Assembly: GCF_009914755.1 (NCBI RefSeq)
Contig: NC_060939.1
Length of the DNA: 64,000 nt
Source: the human T2T-CHM13v2.0 reference genome, Homo sapiens
Strand: one strand, 5' to 3'
In this document: piece by piece, positions 57,621-64,000 of the stretch
How positions within the stretch are numbered: position 1 is the stretch's first letter
Layout of the letters: each line of letters opens with the position of its first letter
Notes under the pieces: generated by a model
Databases searched by the model: none
What the model was told of the DNA's origin: nothing
The model's input: only the letters and a program-made list of their open reading frames with translations
Program-made: the position numbers and the translations under genes

Positions 57621-59287
57621 CCACAGAGATTGAGGCCCTGTCTTGCTCAGCTTCCCCTAAGAGAATAGTCCAGTCTATCCTTCAGGTTTCACCGACATAA
57701 GGGGAAAAGGATGGAGAAGAGATTGGGAAGTGTACTTAGACCACCTTCATCCAAATGGCCTTGTCTTAAATGAGAATAAATTTTGTTTTTATTCATGAGC
57801 TTTATTCTTACAACCTTTCATGATTTTTATTTTCTCAAATTGGCATTTTGCTTTCAAAACTAGGAATAATTCCCAGGAAAATAATACAAATTGAGAAATT
57901 CAGCTTTCAAAAATATGTCTAATTTAAGGATAATTAGTAAAATATATTCAATATTCAAATACACTTGAAATGTTAATAACAAATGGCTTAAAACTTTCAG
58001 AACATCCAACTTCTGCTTACACAGACTCGTAAAGGCATTTAACATTTCTGCAACTTTTAGGGTGAAATCTGTGTCCAGTTGTGGTTGCAGGTATACTCTT
58101 AATTACTCAAGTGTTTGAGTAGTTCGCACTAGACCAGAGAATTGTCAAATTTTAGAAGACTGAATAATAGGCATCGCAGTTTTGAGGGACTGAAATCATC
58201 AATAAAGGAATGTAAAATAACTGAGGGACTTGGTTTTCATTTAGTTTCTCATCACTTCACTCTTCCAAATTTACAGTACTTCTCAAATAAGAAAATTAGA
58301 GTTTCACACGAATTATTCATTCGGCTTTGAGCAGTCAGTGTTTACAAAGCTCAATCATCTCTAAGGTTCTAGTGATTACACATCACGGAAAACCCACAAC
58401 AGTACTTACTGGTTAAGCACACAAACTGCTGAGCAGAGGAAATGTATTACCGTATTTCCCTGCCACACCCTTTTTGACTAGCACTTGCAGTCTTGGTGAT
58501 ATCTTCCAGTTTTAGGGGTTTCTTCCCCTCTCATTCTTCAAGGGTCCCCCTTAGCGTTACCTGTCCTGAAAGGACACCATCTCCTAAAACTTACCCTTTC
58601 TGTCTTCTTCTCTAAAGTTTAGTATGCTTTCCCCCCACAAACTCATTTATGTTGCCTAAGTTAATAGGTTGGGAAATGTCAGAATTCAATGGTGACTCTT
58701 CTGTCACTATTGTGAAAATTTAAATATCTATGACTTATGTGACATACTCTATAGGAAACACCTGTAATTTGAGGCAACTATATTATTTTGTAGCATTGTC
58801 AAGAGTTAGCCTAGACATGAACTAAAAGTTTAAAGACTTCCTATCTAAGCTAATATTTTCATTAAAACATTAAAGCAGTCACTATAAACAATAGTCAACT
58901 CAAGGAAAGTTGACTTGGGGAAATTTAAAATAATAAGCACTTTAGACAAACCCATATGTCTAACACTCTGGTAAGCACACTCTCTTTTACTCACTTAGGT
59001 ACATAGCAGACTGCAAAATCTGAAACTGCAGCTATGTCAGAGAGTCACCAGAGCTCTCTTTAACTCACAACTCAGTTAGATTGAAGGCTGAAGTTTTGCC
59101 TCTTAAGCTAACAAGGTCTTGATACGTGGCAGCATCTGTTTCTCTCTAGCCTTCAGTCTCCTTACTGACCATTAACCGGTTGTTCAACCTAGTGACTCCA
59201 AGTTCTTCCTATAGTTGAAAATGTGAGGAAGCTTTCAGCATTCTTCTCTTGTTGCTGGATATTCTATTTTACTGAATGCTCCAATTT

Positions 59288-59485
59288 GGGCTTCAAATCC
59301 TAAGTCAGCAATTTGCTAGCTATGTGGCATTGAGCAAGCTACTTACTGTCTCTGTGCTTCAGTTTCCTTATCATCATAGTGAGGATAATAAACCCTATCA
59401 CAGATTGCTATGAGAACTAAAGGAGTGTGTGAATCATGAAGAACACTGCCTGGCAACCAAATAAGTATGCAGTGAGAGCTAGCTC
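59288..59485 (+). mobile_element. MIR SINE
   Basis: ttcaaatcct...ctagctatgtggcattgagcaagctactta...tctctgtgcttcagtttcct...ggataata. Confidence 0.85.
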
Positions 59486-59519
59486 ATGGGATGTCCTGTT
59501 TCAGAGATAGCTGCTTCTC

Positions 59520-59640
59520 ACTGTTGGAGGCATATTAGAAGCAAACACTGATGCCCGGGCCCCTACCCAAATTAATAAAATTAGAATATTTGGGTGTGGG
59601 TCCCAGGTTTATGTATGGTAAGATTCTAAGGCCAGAACAT
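59520..59640. mobile_element. MER5A-like hAT-Charlie fragment
   Basis: actgatgcccgggcccctaccca...aattagaatatttgggtgtgggtcccagg. Confidence 0.65.
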
Positions 59641-59647
59641 CCTCAAA

Positions 59648-59671
59648 AATAATAATAATAATAATAATAAT
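59648..59671. repeat. (AAT)n microsatellite
   Basis: aataataataataataataataat. Confidence 0.95.
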
Positions 59672-61229
59672 ATGTATGTATTTATTTATTTATTGAGTGT
59701 TTACTATGAGCCAAACTGTGTCTCTGATGGCTTTCTTTACGTGTTCTCCACTGAGCCAGGCTCTAGAGAGGACAACCACACCCACAAGCCATATTTGAGA
59801 TGTGAGCCTGAGAGTCCAGTCCGCCTTTGTGGAGCTTTCCCAGCCACCACAAGCCCTGACTGGAAGGTTGAAACTGAGAGTTTGGGAGGAAAGAGGAAGA
59901 CACTGGTCACTGAATGAGGAAGGACCAGACTCTTCCTTGATTTCTTTTCCTACACTGCCCACACTTACCCCTTTTCCATCCTGGATAAATTTATAACATA
60001 AATTATATACTTCAGCTTTGTAAAATATATTTAAAAGCCCAAAAGAGTTACTCCCACTGTTAGTCTTTGCATAGTTATTAGTGTGAATGCTTTAGGAAAG
60101 AATATTAATTTTAATATTAACCTTAAGACTCAACTAAAAAATTAATTTTCTGCAAAAAGTTAACATGTTCTATAATATAGTAGAAAATGTAATTGAATAG
60201 TCATGATATATTGTCAGTGAAAAAGCAAGATGTAGAACGATGTGAACATTATGATCCTATTTCTGCAAAAAAAATTTTCCTACTAATATTATATACAGAT
60301 GTAATCATCTGTATTCACTCCAAAATAGTATCAGCCATTCATAAATATTCCAACTATGCCATTAACATTATTTTTAGTTTCTGTACCTAAAATAACTCGA
60401 GAATAATTTTTAAGTCTCTAAATAAAGTATGATGCTGAAATGACCTCTTCATGACATAAAAAGTACAAAAACAAGGCTATCATAATGTTTTCAAGAGATT
60501 CCCAGACAAAACTGTTCGTGTTATTTTGCAAGCTTCTTTATTTGCATAAAAGCATGCTTGTCACATTTCTATATTTTATTGAACGTCTATTAAGAATATA
60601 TAATCCAGATGTTCCTTGATTTCAGAAAGCAATTTTTCTTGACTCTGAGCTTGTTTACATTACAAGAGATTCTTTTTTTTTTAATAAAAGAATCAAAGTA
60701 ATGTTACTTTAAGGCACAAATTCCTCTGTGATTTTATGATTTTATTAAAAATATAAGTTGCAACTTCTCAGGTGTACCCATCATGAAAATATATTAGGTG
60801 TCCACATTATTTGCTTGTAAAATATAGTGACTAGATTTATGTTCAAAAATTTGGGAGGCAGTCACGCCTTCAGTGTCCCAAGAGTGAGTAGCCTACCTGT
60901 ACATTTTCTGTTGACCAAGGAAAAGAAATGCTATTCCAAGCAATGCTTCTTCCATCATCCCTCAGACTCTCAAAAGTTGTAGCTTCTTATTCATAGTTTT
61001 TAGATGACATCTTTAGCTGTGGATTCAATCTCTGAATATCTCTTTCCTAATGAATTAACATGGGTTTAACTTATGTAAAAATTCTTTATCAAATATGAAA
61101 ATGGTTGAAATAGAAAATTAAAAGGAATAACATTTTTGTTAATATTTGTGATGTGTTTTGGAAAGCTCACTCCAGTAGACTTTGTTGGTGGCAGGGGCAG
61201 CGGGGAGATAATTCAAGAATTTATTAGTC

Positions 61230-61770
61230 TAGGCCAGACATAAAAGTCTTCAGTCCTGCAACAGCAAAGCAACTTGGAGGGAAAGTGGGGAAATGACAGA
61301 CAGACATTTTCCCATTCTGCTTCCTTCCTGGAGGAGCCTGTCTCCGCTGTGGAAGCCTAGAAAGCCAGATAGACAAGGAGTCTGAGTGACTGTGAGACCC
61401 AGTCCTTACCAATGAACCTGCGGGGAGGCTGCTGATGGTAGTGGGAGGAAGGGTATCCCTAGGAAAGATTTTCCACCCTGATAGGAAGACTGAGGAATTC
61501 GAGAAAGAACCCTATCCTTTTGGCTTCTGGATTTTGTTAAGGGAGAAAGTGATGTTTATTGCTACATTGCTATATTGCTGAAGCAGAAGATCAAAGAAGC
61601 TGTAGAAAAGCCATCCCAGAGTTCTGATAGTTTCAACTGCTGAACTAACCCTGGAAACAGCCTAAGTCCAGAATCTTTTTTATGCATAATGGCAAGAGTC
61701 CTTGATATTTAAACAACTTTTAGTCAGGTTTGCTATTATTTGCCGCAGAAAGTATTGTAACCAAAACACA
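61230..61770 (+). mobile_element. Old MLT1 (J/K/L-like) MaLR LTR
   Basis: gtgagacccagtccttaccaatga...tgctgaactaaccctggaa...tttaaacaacttttagtcaggtttgctattatttgccgcagaaagtatt...aca. Confidence 0.65.
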
Positions 61771-61799
61771 GTGGATGGATGAAAACACGATACCATTCA

Positions 61800-62080
61800 G
61801 TAGGTAGAATCTATAGTTCTTGATCATTGACAAATTATAGATGTTGAGGAAAAGAAGGAAGTCTAAGATGACTCCCAAGAAACTTAGGTCAAAGGGCTTA
61901 GGGTGATATGATTTACTAAATGGAGGAATACAAATACAGAAAAAGTAGAGAAGGCAGGAGAGAGGAGAATGACCAATAAAGTTTGGGATATTATTGGGAT
62001 ATGTCTGTATTTGTGTTTGTCTGGGACTTTCAGTTGACTGTGTAGTAGGTGCTGGGTTATAGTCCTAGAGCTCTGACATT
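61800..62080. mobile_element. L2 fragment
   Basis: gaaggaagtctaagatgactccca...tttactaaatggaggaatac...gtttgggatat. Confidence 0.55.
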
Positions 62081-62093
62081 AAATGAATGAAGA

Positions 62094-62433
<340 letters not shown>

Positions 62434-64000
62434 CTAGAGTATTTTTGTATCTAAATTTCTAGCATAGACTTCTTGTTTAATCCTGACTCATATCTCTAAA
62501 GGCCTATAGTACAGTCTCTCCTTGAAAGTGTCATAGCTACCTTAAATTCAACATGACCACACCTAAGCATCTAACTTCCCCCTCACCTACTGATCTATTT
62601 TTATTCCCATATGTAATATATAAGATTATGCCAGTAGTACATATTTTCTGAAAAGGGCAGTGCGCCAGGACAAACCCCTGGGAAACACGGAGTTTTAAGG
62701 ATAGACAGAGGAAGAGGTTCTCATGAAGAAACCCAGAAGGAATAAGAAAGATCAAAATTGATTCAGAAATGTTTAGTAGAAGCCAACAAATAGAGTTTCC
62801 CAGGAGAACTGGTCAAGAGTGTGAAGTGTCATTTAAGAAGTTCAGTGAAATACAAGCTTACAAATCAGATTACAAAAAGGGTCAGCCACTGCCTCAGACA
62901 GAGGCACTCAGTCATGAAAGTCATTTTGGAAGAGATAATAGTCACAGAAAACTATTTTCTCATATGAAAACTATAAATGCGTTATGCAAGCATGTATTTT
63001 GTGTTTTGATAATTAACTGAAATTAAAAAGATTTGAGAGGATTTTTGAGGAAAATGAGCAAAGTGAAATCAGAGTGCAGAATGTCTTTTCTCCAATATCC
63101 AACAAAGCGACCAATTATACTTTTTAAAGTGAATGGGGCAACCAACAAGAGCAAATAAATGTAAAAGTGTTCAACCCTTTACTGGAAAGATTTAACAGAA
63201 AAGGCAGAGCAAAATACCAAAAATTTCCTAGAGGGTTGTTGCCATTCTCAACCCCACTTGTACATCCTGGAGGTAATACCAGAAAAAGAAGGTGAGTCAA
63301 GGAAAACCTCACTAACAACTTCAAATTTGAAAAGGAAAAAAAAGTAGCAAAGGAGTAAATAGGCAACTCTGGGAAACATCTGCGGATTCTCAAGATTAGA
63401 AGCTACCTCCAAAGATTCCAATATCTCAGCAGACACAGTGACCAGGGTCTTAGTATTTGGGGTCTCTTTATTTTGGTCTGTTCAGTCAGAAATCAAAGCA
63501 GATGAGCAGGGAAAGTGATTGTAAGCAAACAAAGCTGTTTACCCCCAGCAGCTAAACAGGGACTTAATAAAACTGATGGCAAAAGAGAAGATACATAAGA
63601 CAAGATCCTGTGAGGATGAAGGGAGATGGAGGACCAGGGACAGTGGTCGGTGGAGACTCTCCTTAACTATGGAGTATTAACCACAGACCCAAGCCTATGA
63701 CTGTTGATATATTTTCCTTCTTCTGTCCTGACTGAATGCTAGAACTAGAGTCTCACAAGAGACAGCTATAATTCAGGATTAAATTCAGGCTTCAGAGCTC
63801 AATGCCCAATTCCCTTGAACCTGAAGTTCTAGGTGGTCCTATATCCCCTTTTAGTCACCTCCAACCAATACAGATATACATCCACTATGTGGAGAGAATT
63901 CTGGTGCAGGTCATTCAACAAGAGAGGCCCAACTTAATTTTAACCTTAATACACTCTAACGTTCACCCTGATCACCCTCACCCTCATCCTAATTCTAGCA

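Noticed and set aside
59120-59185. TACGTG (HIF-like) and AACCGGTT (GRHL-like) motifs close together
   Set aside because: Short motifs without independent support. Too likely by chance to call a regulatory element.

Overview
AT-rich primate (human or great-ape type) nuclear DNA that looks like a large intron or intergenic region. No protein-coding gene is supported: the ORF track consists of Alu- and L1-derived pseudo-ORFs and random short ORFs. The recognisable content is mostly interspersed repeats: 17 Alu/FLAM elements (most with readable target-site duplications, TSDs), a 3' L1MA-type element split by a THE1 solo LTR, a second THE1 LTR, MLT1 LTRs, L1PA/L1ME, MIR, L2 and several DNA-transposon relics (Tigger3a, MER53, MER33, MADE2, MER5A). 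The largest non-repeat feature is a 2.36-kb retrocopy of an mRNA 3' UTR (42792-45153) with a poly(A) signal, A-tail and 15-bp TSD. The most unusual structures are: (1) an Alu with an internal micro-inversion and a 52-bp insertion copied from a site 22.7 kb away; (2) an old local duplication with block-wise conservation (about 50.7 kb and 52.3 kb); (3) two CpG-retaining, mutually similar hairpin elements at 28.2 kb and 33.6 kb; (4) a filler-DNA scar replacing the 5' end of a THE1 LTR. Repeat subfamily names come from remembered consensus sequences, not from a database search.
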